This document shows, piece after piece, positions 50,801-61,001 of a stretch of DNA of 64,000 bases (its first letter is position 1; each line of letters starts with the position of its first letter). The stretch is from an uncultured delta proteobacterium (GTDB lineage: Bacteria; Desulfobacterota; Desulfobacteria; Desulfobacterales; B30-G6): assembly GCA_963823335.1 (NCBI GenBank), contig CAWGLD010000001.1, positions 1,376,001 through 1,440,000 on the forward strand, written 5' to 3'. The notes beneath the pieces were generated by a model that searched no databases, had not been told where the DNA came from, and saw nothing but the letters and a program-made list of their open reading frames with translations. A program made the translations under genes and the position numbers.

Positions 50801-50852
50801 GTAGCTGGTGGCTCGTAGCCGGTAGCAGCTACAGGCTAACTGCTATTAGCTA
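50801..50852. repeat. Inverted heptamer array in the tRNA spacer
   Basis: GTAGCTG GTGGCTC GTAGCCG GTAGCA / GCTACAG GCTAACT GCTATTA GCTA. Confidence 0.55.
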
Positions 50853-50874
50853 AAAGTAAAAACGAAGTTTTTCC

Positions 50875-50952
50875 GGGGGTGTAGTTCAGTTTGGTTAGAA
50901 CGCCGGCCTGTCACGCCGGAGGTCGCGAGTTCGAGTCTCGTCGCTCCCGCCA
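50875..50952 (+). tRNA. tRNA-Asp(GTC)
   Basis: Cloverleaf, anticodon arm CCGGC-CT GTC AC-GCCGG, CCA end. Confidence 0.97.
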
Positions 50953-50955
50953 TAA

Positions 50956-50997
50956 TAAAAACAGGCACTTAGATATAATTCTGAGTGCCTGTTTTAT
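50956..50997 (+). terminator. Hairpin/terminator after tRNA-Asp
   Basis: AAAACAGGCACTTAG...CTGAGTGCCTGTTTT. Confidence 0.7.
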
Positions 50998-51026
50998 TAT
51001 CCACTGAGTGAAAAACTGAGTTAAAT

Positions 51027-51410
51027 TTATAAAAAGTTTTTAAGATTGCTCTCCTCTAATAGCTTCAGAACTTCCTGCGTACTGGTATAATTCCCTTCAA
51101 CATATATTTCAGTTGTAGTTTGTCTTCTATGTCTCAAGACCTGTTGAACTTTCTTAATGGGGATCTTTTGCAGGTCATTTAAATATTTTGCAACGGTATG
51201 TCTAATGTCGTGATATCCAATTGGTTCAACGTCGGCGGTTCGGCACAGCGTCTTTAGAGTTTTTCTGCGTTCAACATACCGCATACCATAATATTTACTT
51301 TTCGGGTTCATGTGGCAAAAAACATAAGGGCTCGATGGATGCCGATTTTTCCATTGCCACATAAGCAGCTTATATAAATCATCGTTCATCCATAAATTTT
51401 CGTAGACCAT
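51027..51410 (-). pseudogene. Tyrosine recombinase/integrase C-terminal remnant next to tRNA-Asp
   Basis: YHDIRH...LRHRRQTTTEIY; shares MNDDLY...W.NR....VF with the 12046-12483 relic. Confidence 0.82.
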
Positions 51411-52522
51411 TTGTGGGTACAACTGCTTCACATATCGCTCGGCGCTACCGAAGACAATCTGACATTCTATCCGGAATGCTGATGGTTGGCATGGGATTGA
51501 TGTTACTGGTAAAAGCCGCTGGAATCTTGACATAGGTTTAGCGATTCGTTTTGATGGAAGATGCTTGAGGGATTCAACACTTAGCCTGCACCACCTGGGC
51601 GAGGTTTTTTCAGAGCGTCTCATCTGCCCAAACCATCATCAGCATCACCACACAGCTTCTCCATTTTGGACTATAATCTTGGCTCTTTCGTAAAGGTCAA
51701 TCGGGCTGGTATCACTTTTTGCGGCAATATCCTTAGAACAGGCACGTATTGATATTGAAGAACCGTTGAGGATTCATGCTTAACAGAATACTGAATTGAA
51801 TCTTATTGATGTTTTTTCATGCAAAGGTTGGAGCTACAGTGCTGATGCGCTCAAAGGGCAGGAAAAAGATATAATACCAAGGTGAGTTCAACTGGGGAAG
51901 CTTCATGTTTAATATTGGCGATTTTTCCAATTATGCTGCTATAGTAAATATCATTTCAAAGCTTTAATGTTTGGACATACCCAAAAACGAAAGATTTCAT
52001 CATTCTCGGCGACCCCTCCTAATTAAAGCTTATGTAACAAAGTATATCTGTCCATGTCATATCAATCAATTGGCAAAATTCAGAGAATCTTCAGTTCGCG
52101 GTAAAAACTACATTTAGATGACTTGATATGTTAAGGGCAATTCTGGCTCAAAGAGATTTGCCCTTTTTGCTTTTGGGTAAGAAAGTTGATGTTTGTATAG
52201 AAGGTCAGTTTTGTGGTATTTATGTATATGTCTGAGTATCGCAAGTTCTTAGAGGCTCAGGAAACCGTGAATATTCTCCATTAAATCATTACGCGACTGG
52301 TTTATCAGATATACTTATAGCCCGGAATGTAATCATCACCCACCCAAGATTTCACGTGGCCACAATATATAGTAGTTCTTCGAATTAGATCTCGATCCGA
52401 ATATTGGTATGCAGAATTATTAAGTGAAGGCATAGTCCCCGGACTGACCTTCAAGTTGCCTCTCTGTCGGATCGGTTGCTTCCACACAGAAATACCAACT
52501 ATCGCTGCCAGCCATAATGTCC

Positions 52523-53971
52523 TCAGACTACTAATTCGACAATTGCCTGTTTGTCTTCGTCGAAATACTCAATCCGGGTTTCATAGCTCACCAAATCGAT
52601 CCGAAGGGTGGCCCGTTGGACACCATGGGCCCAGGTCAGTTTGAGATGGTCGTCGGGGGCATCTTCGATGGTCAACTGGCCCTCAAAAGCCCGACAGGAA
52701 TTTCTGAATTCCATTAGCTTTAGTAAACGTCGTACCACCGGTTTTTGAATTTCGATAGCAATTTCGTCCAGAGCATAGTTGTGGCGGTTGATGTCGCGAC
52801 CGTTTTTGGTCTGTTGAACCAGCTCAATGTCGTTTTCACCGGCCAGCAAGCCCACGTAGTAGACTTGGGGAATACCAGGCGTGAAAAACTGGATGGCCCG
52901 TGCAGCGATATAGGAATCGTTGTTGCACGCCAGCGCCGAATAATAGGTGCAGTTCACTTGGTAAACGTCCAGATTCTGGTATTCAGGACCGGAAAATACC
53001 TTACGGAGATTGGCGCCCTTTTCATCAAGGCCATCCAGAGTCCGCTGGATTTCTTCCTCTGTCATCAGGTCTTTCACATCCACCACACCGATGCCGTCAT
53101 GGGTGTCCAGAGTGGTAATCTGTTTGCGAGGGCAGATTGTCAGCCATTGTTTCAGCACCCTGCTGGTGTGATGGTACAGAGTGTTCAAGACCAGCATGGG
53201 TAACGAGAAATCATACGTCCAATATCCGTTGGCTGAGATCTTCTGATGATAGCTGTAGTGTTCGTGAACCTCTGGCAGAATTTCAACCCCAAAGGGTGAG
53301 ACATAATTCTGAAGCCACTGCAGCAGTTGCCAAACTTCAGGCTCCAGAAAAAAACAATTGGTGCCGATTTTCAGTGTCGAATAGGCAAAGGCATCCATAC
53401 GGATCATTTTGGCCGGGGTCCGCGACAGCTGGATCAGGTAGCGCCGCATCACTTCGTGGGTTTTGGATGAATCCCAGTCCAGATCGATCTGTTCATAGTC
53501 AAACGTGCACCAGACCTTCTCCTTGGAGCCATCGGCGCGCTGGATAATGGTATACGGTGGCCGGGGTTTACGGGTGTATACCTTGGCCAATTCCATTTCA
53601 CTGATTTCACCAGTCGGGCTGAGTTTGTTGAAGCTCAGGAACATGTCGGCAAACTCGGAGTCCGGTCCCTTTTCGAAGTAGTCCTGAAAATAGACGGATT
53701 GTCTGGAAATATGGTTTACCATGAAATCGATGATCAGGTCGAATTCCCTTCCGATCAGGTCGATATCCCTCCAGGTGCCGAATGCCGGGTCCACTTCATC
53801 ATAGGTCAACGGGGCAAATCCGCGGTCCGCGGAAGAGGGGTAGAACGGCAGCAGGTGGACGCCGCCGACGGCCAGACTGAGGTAACGGCGCAGCACGTAA
53901 TGCAGTTCGACGAGGTCGGCCCCCAGGCTGTCCGGATAGACAATCAGCTGCACTTTGTTTTTAAGTGTCAT
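52523..53971 (-). CDS. gtfA: Sucrose phosphorylase (GH13_18)
   Basis: NKVQLI.YPD, DFMVNH, RMDAF, PEVHEH, LDTHDGIG and NLDVYQ (sucrose-phosphorylase-type loop) motifs. Confidence 0.88.
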   Translation of the reverse strand: MTLKNKVQLIVYPDSLGADLVELHYVLRRYLSLAVGGVHLLPFYPSSADRGFAPLTYDEVDPAFGTWRDIDLIGREFDLIIDFMVNHISRQSVYFQDYFEKGPDSEFADMFLSFNKLSPTGEISEMELAKVYTRKPRPPYTIIQRADGSKEKVWCTFDYEQIDLDWDSSKTHEVMRRYLIQLSRTPAKMIRMDAFAYSTLKIGTNCFFLEPEVWQLLQWLQNYVSPFGVEILPEVHEHYSYHQKISANGYWTYDFSLPMLVLNTLYHHTSRVLKQWLTICPRKQITTLDTHDGIGVVDVKDLMTEEEIQRTLDGLDEKGANLRKVFSGPEYQNLDVYQVNCTYYSALACNNDSYIAARAIQFFTPGIPQVYYVGLLAGENDIELVQQTKNGRDINRHNYALDEIAIEIQKPVVRRLLKLMEFRNSCRAFEGQLTIEDAPDDHLKLTWAHGVQRATLRIDLVSYETRIEYFDEDKQAIVELVV

Positions 53972-53974
53972 CCT

Positions 53975-56170
53975 TTAATCTCCACGCGCCTCATCGATGA
54001 AGCGGTAATGGTGCATTCCTTCAATGATTCCACCGGCGCACTCGCTGTCTGCGAAATAGACATTTCGGCTACCTTTTAAATCCGCCAGTTCATGGCTGTA
54101 GTTGGCCACTACCACGGCGCGGGGTTCCCCGCGAAGCATCTCCTCATCGTTTCCAGAATCCCCGCATACCAGAAAATTTTTCAATGGAATTTCCCATTTG
54201 TAGCTCAGGTAGCGAATGGCTTTTCCCTTGGACGCCCGGTAAGGTAGGATATCCAGGTAGCGATCGTGGGAGTAGATCAGGTTGTATCGACACCGGTTAA
54301 GCGTCAGATGGTCGTGGATGGTGGACAGGCGGTCTTTGGCCGGGTCCATGTAATAGCTGATCTTGAAACGACGCTGGGTTTTCTCTTCCTGATATTCCAG
54401 AAAATCGAAATCTTTGAGCAGCTCAACGATTTTATCCCGATTCCATCGGCTGGCAATGTGTCTGGCCCATTCCGGGCTGGGCTTGCTGCTCTTGCCATAA
54501 AAAAGGGCGCTGCCCACCGAGCAAATGATTACATCCGGGTAGGGGATATGGTGTTTTTTCAGGATTGATCTGGCCGAATCGGCAGTTCTTCCGGTGGCCA
54601 CTCCGAATCCCATGTGAGCCCGGTTTTGATTCAGCAGTTGCACCAGCTTTTCAAGCTGCGTGTTGTCGGTGCCGATCAGCGTATTATCGATATCGGTGAT
54701 CATGAAATGGTTGAGATTTATCAGCTGCCGGCCGATGGAATTTGACGACTTGGCGGTGGCGAGATTGGAGCGTTGATTGGCGGCGGTCAGCTTGCGGATA
54801 GCGCTGGTATATTCAAGGGTATGGCTTTGCCAGGTGTAGTGCTTGCGCACATTCATGATCCCGTTTTTCGAATAGCGTTCCCACAAATCCTTATTGGCGA
54901 TAATTTTACGTAGTGCGGATGATATCTGCTTCATACTGGCGACATTCACCAGGATACCGTTTTTGCAGTTGTGGATGATGTCATTGGGGCCACCGTCATC
55001 GGTGACCACGATGGGCAGTCCGGTGGCGGACGCTTCCAGAAGGGTCAGGCCAAACGGCTCCGTCAGGGCCGGGTTAATGAACACCCCTCTTCGCTCAGCG
55101 GCAATCCGATACAGGGCGGGTACTTCATATTCGAAATCGTGTTTTTTAGGAATGGCCATCTTGCCGTAAAGGTCGTATTTGTCCATGGCCAGGAGCATTT
55201 CTGTCAGAACTTCGCGCTCGTTGTCCGCCATGGCATCAATATCCTTGCGTAAACCGGCGAAAACGGCCAGATTGGCCATACTTTGCAATTCGGGATCTTC
55301 ACCATAGGCCCGCACCAGCCCGGAAATATTTTTGCGCTTATCCGGGCGGCTCAGGGCCAAGATCAACGGTTTCTCCGGGTTCATGAAAAAACGGTTTAAT
55401 TCCTTGAGCATGGAGGCCTGGGCATATCGGGCATTTTCGGACCGTTCCGCATCGTCGAGCATATCATGATAAAACGGATAAAACGTGTCGATGTCGATGC
55501 CGGGTGGGACAACTCGATACTCAGGGACATCTTTGTTGTGGTAAAGGCCGTACTGTTCCACGATTTCATGCTGGGTACTGGTAATCACCAAGTTCGCTCG
55601 GGCCATGATCTGCTCTTCAGCATCGATACGATGGTCGATTTTGAATTTCTTGATGATTTCCGCCTCGCTCATCCCCTGTTCTAGGAGTCTGGCCATTTTG
55701 GCACGACCGAGGGAGTGGCCGGTATATACGAAAGGCAGTCCGAACATTTTGGCCAGTTGCATGGCCACATAACCGGCATCGGGATAATGGCCGTGTACAA
55801 TGTCCGGCATGGAATGGTTGCGCTTGATGAACTTGATCGTCTTGTCCACATACTCTTCGAGATGGGGCCAGAGCAGCTCTTTGCGCATATATTTGCGTCC
55901 CCCGCATTGAATGCGGACGATGCGAAACTTGTCGTTGATCACCTCGATGGGTTCGCTGTAATCTGAAGATACGCGCTTGTCGACAATCAGGCGGGTGAAT
56001 AGATCCACGCGACCGATATCCTCCCGGGCACTGAGGCTCGTCCCTAGCTCCATGACATACTTGACCTGTCCTCCGGTGTCCGCATCTCTTCCCATCTCCT
56101 GGTTTTTCGATCGAATCAGTCCGTGAAGACTGAATAGCTGGACATATGGCCACTTAGCGACCATTGGCAT
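53975..56170 (-). CDS. sps: Sucrose-phosphate synthase fused to HAD-IIB phosphatase (SPS-SPP)
   Basis: SLHGLIR..EMGRDADTGGQVKYV, TGHSLG, RPDKRKN and EPFGLTLLEA motifs; HAD motifs TDIDNTL, KGKA and GDSGND intact. Confidence 0.92.
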   Translation of the reverse strand: MPMVAKWPYVQLFSLHGLIRSKNQEMGRDADTGGQVKYVMELGTSLSAREDIGRVDLFTRLIVDKRVSSDYSEPIEVINDKFRIVRIQCGGRKYMRKELLWPHLEEYVDKTIKFIKRNHSMPDIVHGHYPDAGYVAMQLAKMFGLPFVYTGHSLGRAKMARLLEQGMSEAEIIKKFKIDHRIDAEEQIMARANLVITSTQHEIVEQYGLYHNKDVPEYRVVPPGIDIDTFYPFYHDMLDDAERSENARYAQASMLKELNRFFMNPEKPLILALSRPDKRKNISGLVRAYGEDPELQSMANLAVFAGLRKDIDAMADNEREVLTEMLLAMDKYDLYGKMAIPKKHDFEYEVPALYRIAAERRGVFINPALTEPFGLTLLEASATGLPIVVTDDGGPNDIIHNCKNGILVNVASMKQISSALRKIIANKDLWERYSKNGIMNVRKHYTWQSHTLEYTSAIRKLTAANQRSNLATAKSSNSIGRQLINLNHFMITDIDNTLIGTDNTQLEKLVQLLNQNRAHMGFGVATGRTADSARSILKKHHIPYPDVIICSVGSALFYGKSSKPSPEWARHIASRWNRDKIVELLKDFDFLEYQEEKTQRRFKISYYMDPAKDRLSTIHDHLTLNRCRYNLIYSHDRYLDILPYRASKGKAIRYLSYKWEIPLKNFLVCGDSGNDEEMLRGEPRAVVVANYSHELADLKGSRNVYFADSECAGGIIEGMHHYRFIDEARGD

Positions 56171-57059
56171 CTCCTCTCATCAGCAGTTGAAAATCATCGT
56201 AAAAATTTTCGTTATCAGGCACGGCACCGGCAATACCGCATATTCGTGCAGCGAAACGAGATGCCTGACGGATGGTCTCTTTCCAGGGAAGCTTTCGCAA
56301 GCGGCCAGCAGCCAAAATTGCGGCATATCCGTCGCCGGCACCGACCGTATCGACAATAGGTGGTCCTGCAACGGCAGGACTGCTGATTTGGCCATCGCGG
56401 TTGTAAAACGTGCTGCCCCGGCTGCCTCGGGTGAGCGCCACGGCGCTGATCCTGAACGTTTCCATCAGCCAAGGCGTGACGTCACCTTTGTCAGCCGGGC
56501 CATCAAACGCGTGTTGAATAATTGTAAGTTCTGCTTCGTTGACTTTAAGCAGGTCTGCGTGATGAAGTGATCCGGCCACGGCCTTGATGTTGACGTGGGG
56601 CGGCCGCATATTAATGTCACAAAAGCATATGGCGCTGTTGGTGTTACGGGAAAGAAAACGACGCACCTGACTGCAACCGGGATCGGTTCGCTGCAACAGG
56701 GTGCCGAAATAGATCATCTCTGCACCACCCGCATCCAACACGCCAGCATCGTTGAGGTCAAGGTGGTCGTAGGCCACATTCTTGTATATATCAAAATGCG
56801 GAATGCCTTGCTCATCCAGATTCACTTTGACCGTTCCCGTGGGATGTCGGTAGTCAACCTGGACATCGGCTTCGTTAAAGTCGTTTTTTATCAGCAGGTC
56901 AATAATGCGTCTTCCGTGCCGATCATTCCCCACGCGGGTGAAGAACCGCACCGGAAATCCCAGCTTTTTTAGGTGAAATGCAAAATTGAACGGCGCACCG
57001 CCGATCCGTTGGTAATCCTGAAAAATGTCGATGAGAATCTCACCGATAACAACGATCAA
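56154..57059 (-). CDS. PfkB-family kinase, probable fructokinase
   Basis: GEILID, GGAPFN and DTVGAGD motifs; first gene of the sucrose operon; TTG start after AAGGAGG. Confidence 0.88.
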   Translation of the reverse strand: MIVVIGEILIDIFQDYQRIGGAPFNFAFHLKKLGFPVRFFTRVGNDRHGRRIIDLLIKNDFNEADVQVDYRHPTGTVKVNLDEQGIPHFDIYKNVAYDHLDLNDAGVLDAGGAEMIYFGTLLQRTDPGCSQVRRFLSRNTNSAICFCDINMRPPHVNIKAVAGSLHHADLLKVNEAELTIIQHAFDGPADKGDVTPWLMETFRISAVALTRGSRGSTFYNRDGQISSPAVAGPPIVDTVGAGDGYAAILAAGRLRKLPWKETIRQASRFAARICGIAGAVPDNENFYDDFQLLMRGDANGR

Positions 57060-58296
57060 GTGATCCTCCTTGAATTTGATTATATGAGTAACGAAACAGC
57101 CAATGAGCTTCGAAATAGTTGAGAAGATCCCCCGTGGATCAAGCGACAGGTAATCGTGCGAGTCGATCTATAACTTTTTACAATACCTTATTACTCAAAT
57201 TTTTGCAAATTAGGGGATGGGAGGGATATGGGACGATGCGATCAGCGCCCTTGATCGCATGATTACGATCAGGCCGATGGCCTATAGAAAAGATAACGGA
57301 TTCCGGGAGGCATATTTACGCAGTAAACCAGACAATCGGACTAAGATCTGAACGAAAGACGGCCGACTTAATAATAACAGTTTCATGATGATTGGTATCG
57401 GAGCAACTTTGAAACCTCGTTATCGGCAGCAGAATACTGGTAAAAGACGATAACGGGACTCTAATCATAGTGAAAGTAAGGCATCCGATATCAAATATTT
57501 CGAATACTGTATTTTAGTTTTGCTTATCTATATCAAGTCACACGAATTGAAAAACCGATACTTACGGTTATGTACAAAACGCCCAGATAAAAAAAACCGA
57601 CCACAACATCTGGAGGGGCACTTTTGGAAATGAGTTGACTTACAATTTGCAATCACAGGAATTAATCGGGCACAGATTCCTTGGATGTGTCCAAATCATT
57701 ACCAGCCAGCCTCTATTACCGATACCATCATAGTATTGGCAATGACATGATTCATTAATACAGTGGCTTCTTCATGGTAACAATCACCTGCTATTTGAAA
57801 ACAGCTATGTGATAATTACAAAACAAATATCCTAAAATTGGCTGTTGCCAAAAATCGGTGATTACATCACCTCCGAGGTTCCACCTCGATTGAAGTTTTT
57901 GTAACACAGCTCAAATTAGACATGGTATTAGATCGTTGACATAAGCAGGATGAAGTCAGTCCTGCGAGCAAAGGGCCCATTTGTACTGCATTCATTTGTT
58001 AATCAAAATATCAAGGAAAGTAAGGAAAAATATAGATTTAATTGCGACTATGCGGATCATCCCTTGTCCCCAGTTTTTACCTTTTTTAGGGGCATGTATC
58101 TTCATTAAAAAATCAAGTAACCAATTTCAAATTCCCAACTTAAGATTTTGCCAGGCAGCCAGATATTTCCCATTAAACGGACCCAGCACAACAAAAAGTA
58201 AAGATGCTCGGAACCAGCAACACTTTGGTGGTATTCATTTCTTGCCACGCATATTGCCCCCGTATTAAATACCAAAATATATAGGATTGCTATAAA

Positions 58297-58605
58297 GTGT
58301 TCAAGATGCTCAAAAAAGAAGGTAAAATTACCGACATTGTCATCGAAAACATGATGAACTGGCGCCACAGTGGATTCAGGGTGTATTGTGGTGGGGCCAT
58401 CTGGCCGCGTAATGAAGCGGGGCTTGAAAATCTGGCACGCTACATTATTCGTGATTCCTTTTCGCAAGAACGCATGATCTCTGTCGTGCCCAAGGATTCA
58501 CACGATGGCAAAGACAAAGTGACCGATGCGCCGAAGGATGGAAATAGGTCTAAAACGTTTGATGCTCTGGATTGGCTGGCGCAACTGGTCACTCATATCC
58601 CGAAC
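58297..58605 (+). mobile_element. IS91-family (Y2) transposase fragment
   Basis: WRHSGF.V, LENLARYIIR..FSQERM and FDALDWLAQLVTHIP motifs; both ends missing. Confidence 0.75.
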
Positions 58606-58719
58606 CGGCCACCATGTTTCTGTTGGGAGCCGGTCTTGTGGGCCTCGCCGGCATAAGCCCCAAAAAATAATTCATAGAGGGGTTGAACCCTTTAGAAATC
58701 ACTTCCCGATTGGGCCACC

Positions 58720-58782
58720 TTATCCACAAAACCACTCTAAACAAAAAATTCAATACCCATCACCAACCACAATATACAGTAT
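58720..58782 (+). promoter_or_regulatory. DnaA box and NrdR-like box upstream of parE
   Basis: TTATCCACA (58720-58728) and CCACAATATACAGTAT (58767-58782). Confidence 0.45.
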
Positions 58783-58849
58783 TGATTTTTTAACCCATAT
58801 CCATCATAAAGGGATCAACCGAAAAGAACCGTTATCTGGAGGCATTCCA

Positions 58850-60775
58850 ATCAAATCCGATCAACTATTCAACGACAACGGGACCGATAAACGAGACTAC
58901 AACGCCGCGTCCCTGGAAGTGCTCAAAGGCCTGGACCCGGTCAGGCGGCGGCCGGGCATGTACACAGACACCCAGCGGCCCAACCACCTGGCCCAGGAGG
59001 TGATCGACAACGGGGTGGACGAAGCCATCGCAGGCCACGCCACCCGCATTGACGTGATTCTGAATACGGACGGGTCCTTGAGCGCGGCCGACGACGGTCG
59101 CGGTATGCCCACGGACATCCACCCGGAAGAGGGCATCACCGGTGTGGAGGTGATCCTTCTCAAGCTGCACGCCGGTGCCAAATTTTCCAACAAGGACTAC
59201 CAGTTTTCCGGCGGTCTCCATGGTGTGGGTGTGTCTGTGGTCAATGCCCTGTCATCGCGCCTGGAAGTGGAAATCAAGCGCGACGGCAAAAAACATTTTA
59301 TCCGGTTTGCCGACGGGAGGAAACAGCAGGAGTTGGAGGTCACCGGCACTGTCGGCCAGCGCAACACCGGCACCTTCATCCACTTCTGGCCCAATCCTGA
59401 CTATTTCGATACGGTCCGTTTCTCCGCACGGAAACTGCGACACACACTGCGGGCAAAAGCGGTGCTTTGTCCGGGCCTCACTGTCACTTTTTCCGATGAA
59501 AATACCGGCGAGAAAGCACATTGGTATTATGAAGACGGGTTGAAAGAGTATCTTGCCGGTGGTCTTGAAGGCTGTGAGTTGATTCCTGACGAGCCCTTTA
59601 TGGGCCGGCTTGACGGCGACGGCGAAGCCGTTTCATGGGCGGTGGTTTGGCAGCCCGAAGGCGGGGAAGCCATCACCGAAAGCTACGTCAACCTGATCCC
59701 CACACCCCAGGGCGGCACCCATGTCAATGGTTTCCGATCCGGGCTGTTGGCGGCCATTCGTGAATTCTGCGAATTTCGCAAATTGATCCCCAGGGGCATC
59801 AAGCTGGCGCCGGACGATATCTGGGACCGCTGCTCCTATGTTTTGTCGGCCAAGATGACCGATCCCCAGTTCTCCGGCCAGACTAAGGAGCGCCTGGGGT
59901 CACGTCAGTGTGCCTCCTTTGTCAACGGTGTGGTCAAGGATGCATTCAGTCTGTGGCTGAACCACCATACCGAAACCGGTGAACGCCTGGCGGAGATGGC
60001 CATCGAGAGTGCCCGCAACCGCCTCAGAGCCGGCAAAAAAATCATCCGAAAAAAAGTCACTGCAGGACCTGCCCTGCCCGGTAAACTGGCCGACTGTGTC
60101 AGCCAGGATCCGATGCAGAGTGAGCTGTTTCTCGTGGAGGGTGACTCTGCCGGCGGATCGGCCAAGCAGGCCAGGGATCGCCAGATCCAGGCGGTCATGC
60201 CGCTGCGGGGAAAAATCCTCAACACCTGGGAGGTGGATTCGACACAGATATTGGGATCCAAAGAGGTTCACGACATTGCCGTGGCCATCGGTGTGGACCC
60301 GGGGTCGCAGCATCTAAACAGTCTTCGCTACGGGAAGGTCTGCATCCTCGCCGATGCGGATTCCGACGGATTGCACATCGCCACCCTGCTCTGCGCGCTC
60401 TTTCTTCAGCACTTCACACCGCTTGTAAAAGCCGGCCATGTATTTGTGGCCATGCCCCCGCTCTACCGAATCGATATGGCAAAAACAGTTCATTACGCCC
60501 TGGATGAAGCGGAAAAGGGCGCCATCATCCGTCGCATGGAGATCAAAAACCCCAAGGGCAAAATCAACGTCCAGCGATTCAAGGGACTGGGGGAAATGAA
60601 CCCGATGCAGTTGCGGGAGACCACAATGGCCCCGGACACCCGCCGCCTGGTTCAACTGACCGTGGAGGAGGACGAGGCGGCATTTTCCATGCTGGACATG
60701 CTTCTGGCAAAAAAACGGGCATCCGACCGCCGCCAGTGGATCGAGGATAGTGGTGATCAGGCAGAGGTGGATTGA
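58850..60775 (+). CDS. parE: DNA topoisomerase IV subunit B
   Basis: YNAASLEVLKGLDPVRRRPGMY, GGLHGVG, EGDSAGGSAK, PLRGKILN and DADSDGLHI motifs. Start placed at ATC after GGAGG; the ORF-track extension to 58526 is spurious. Confidence 0.93.
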   Translation: MKSDQLFNDNGTDKRDYNAASLEVLKGLDPVRRRPGMYTDTQRPNHLAQEVIDNGVDEAIAGHATRIDVILNTDGSLSAADDGRGMPTDIHPEEGITGVEVILLKLHAGAKFSNKDYQFSGGLHGVGVSVVNALSSRLEVEIKRDGKKHFIRFADGRKQQELEVTGTVGQRNTGTFIHFWPNPDYFDTVRFSARKLRHTLRAKAVLCPGLTVTFSDENTGEKAHWYYEDGLKEYLAGGLEGCELIPDEPFMGRLDGDGEAVSWAVVWQPEGGEAITESYVNLIPTPQGGTHVNGFRSGLLAAIREFCEFRKLIPRGIKLAPDDIWDRCSYVLSAKMTDPQFSGQTKERLGSRQCASFVNGVVKDAFSLWLNHHTETGERLAEMAIESARNRLRAGKKIIRKKVTAGPALPGKLADCVSQDPMQSELFLVEGDSAGGSAKQARDRQIQAVMPLRGKILNTWEVDSTQILGSKEVHDIAVAIGVDPGSQHLNSLRYGKVCILADADSDGLHIATLLCALFLQHFTPLVKAGHVFVAMPPLYRIDMAKTVHYALDEAEKGAIIRRMEIKNPKGKINVQRFKGLGEMNPMQLRETTMAPDTRRLVQLTVEEDEAAFSMLDMLLAKKRASDRRQWIEDSGDQAEVD

Positions 60776-60907
60776 GGAAATTGGGGAGGAATGAAAATGA
60801 ATAGCAATTCAATGTCCTCCTCGTACCCTAACGCCCTTAATGTCCCAATGCCAAATAAAACGTAACTTCTCAATAACTGATGGGAGATGATACTATGGAA
60901 GAGCCAA

Positions 60908-60935
60908 CTGGATTCCCGCCTTCGAGGGAATCCAG
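60908..60935. repeat. REP-like palindrome (ATTCCC-N8-GGGAAT type)
   Basis: CTGGATTCCC-GCCTTCGA-GGGAATCCAG, a perfect 10-bp stem in the parE-parC spacer. Confidence 0.65.
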
Positions 60936-61001
60936 ACCATCATCCTGACTTTTTGAGAAACTACCAATAAAACAACCCAACATTCTGAAAGAACAGTAAA
61001 T

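Noticed and set aside
52360-52375. NrdR-like box CCACAATATATAGTAG
   Set aside because: The match is good, but no adjacent gene start exists to regulate; possibly debris.
50920-58700. Defined island at tRNA-Asp with a second att site
   Set aside because: An integrase relic and accessory cargo are present, but I found no duplicated tRNA-Asp 3' end in the window, so boundaries cannot be called.
58526-58849. 108-aa N-terminal extension of ParE in the ORF track
   Set aside because: It overlaps the IS91 fragment out of frame, has non-protein-like composition, and contains regulatory-looking sites and a downstream SD.
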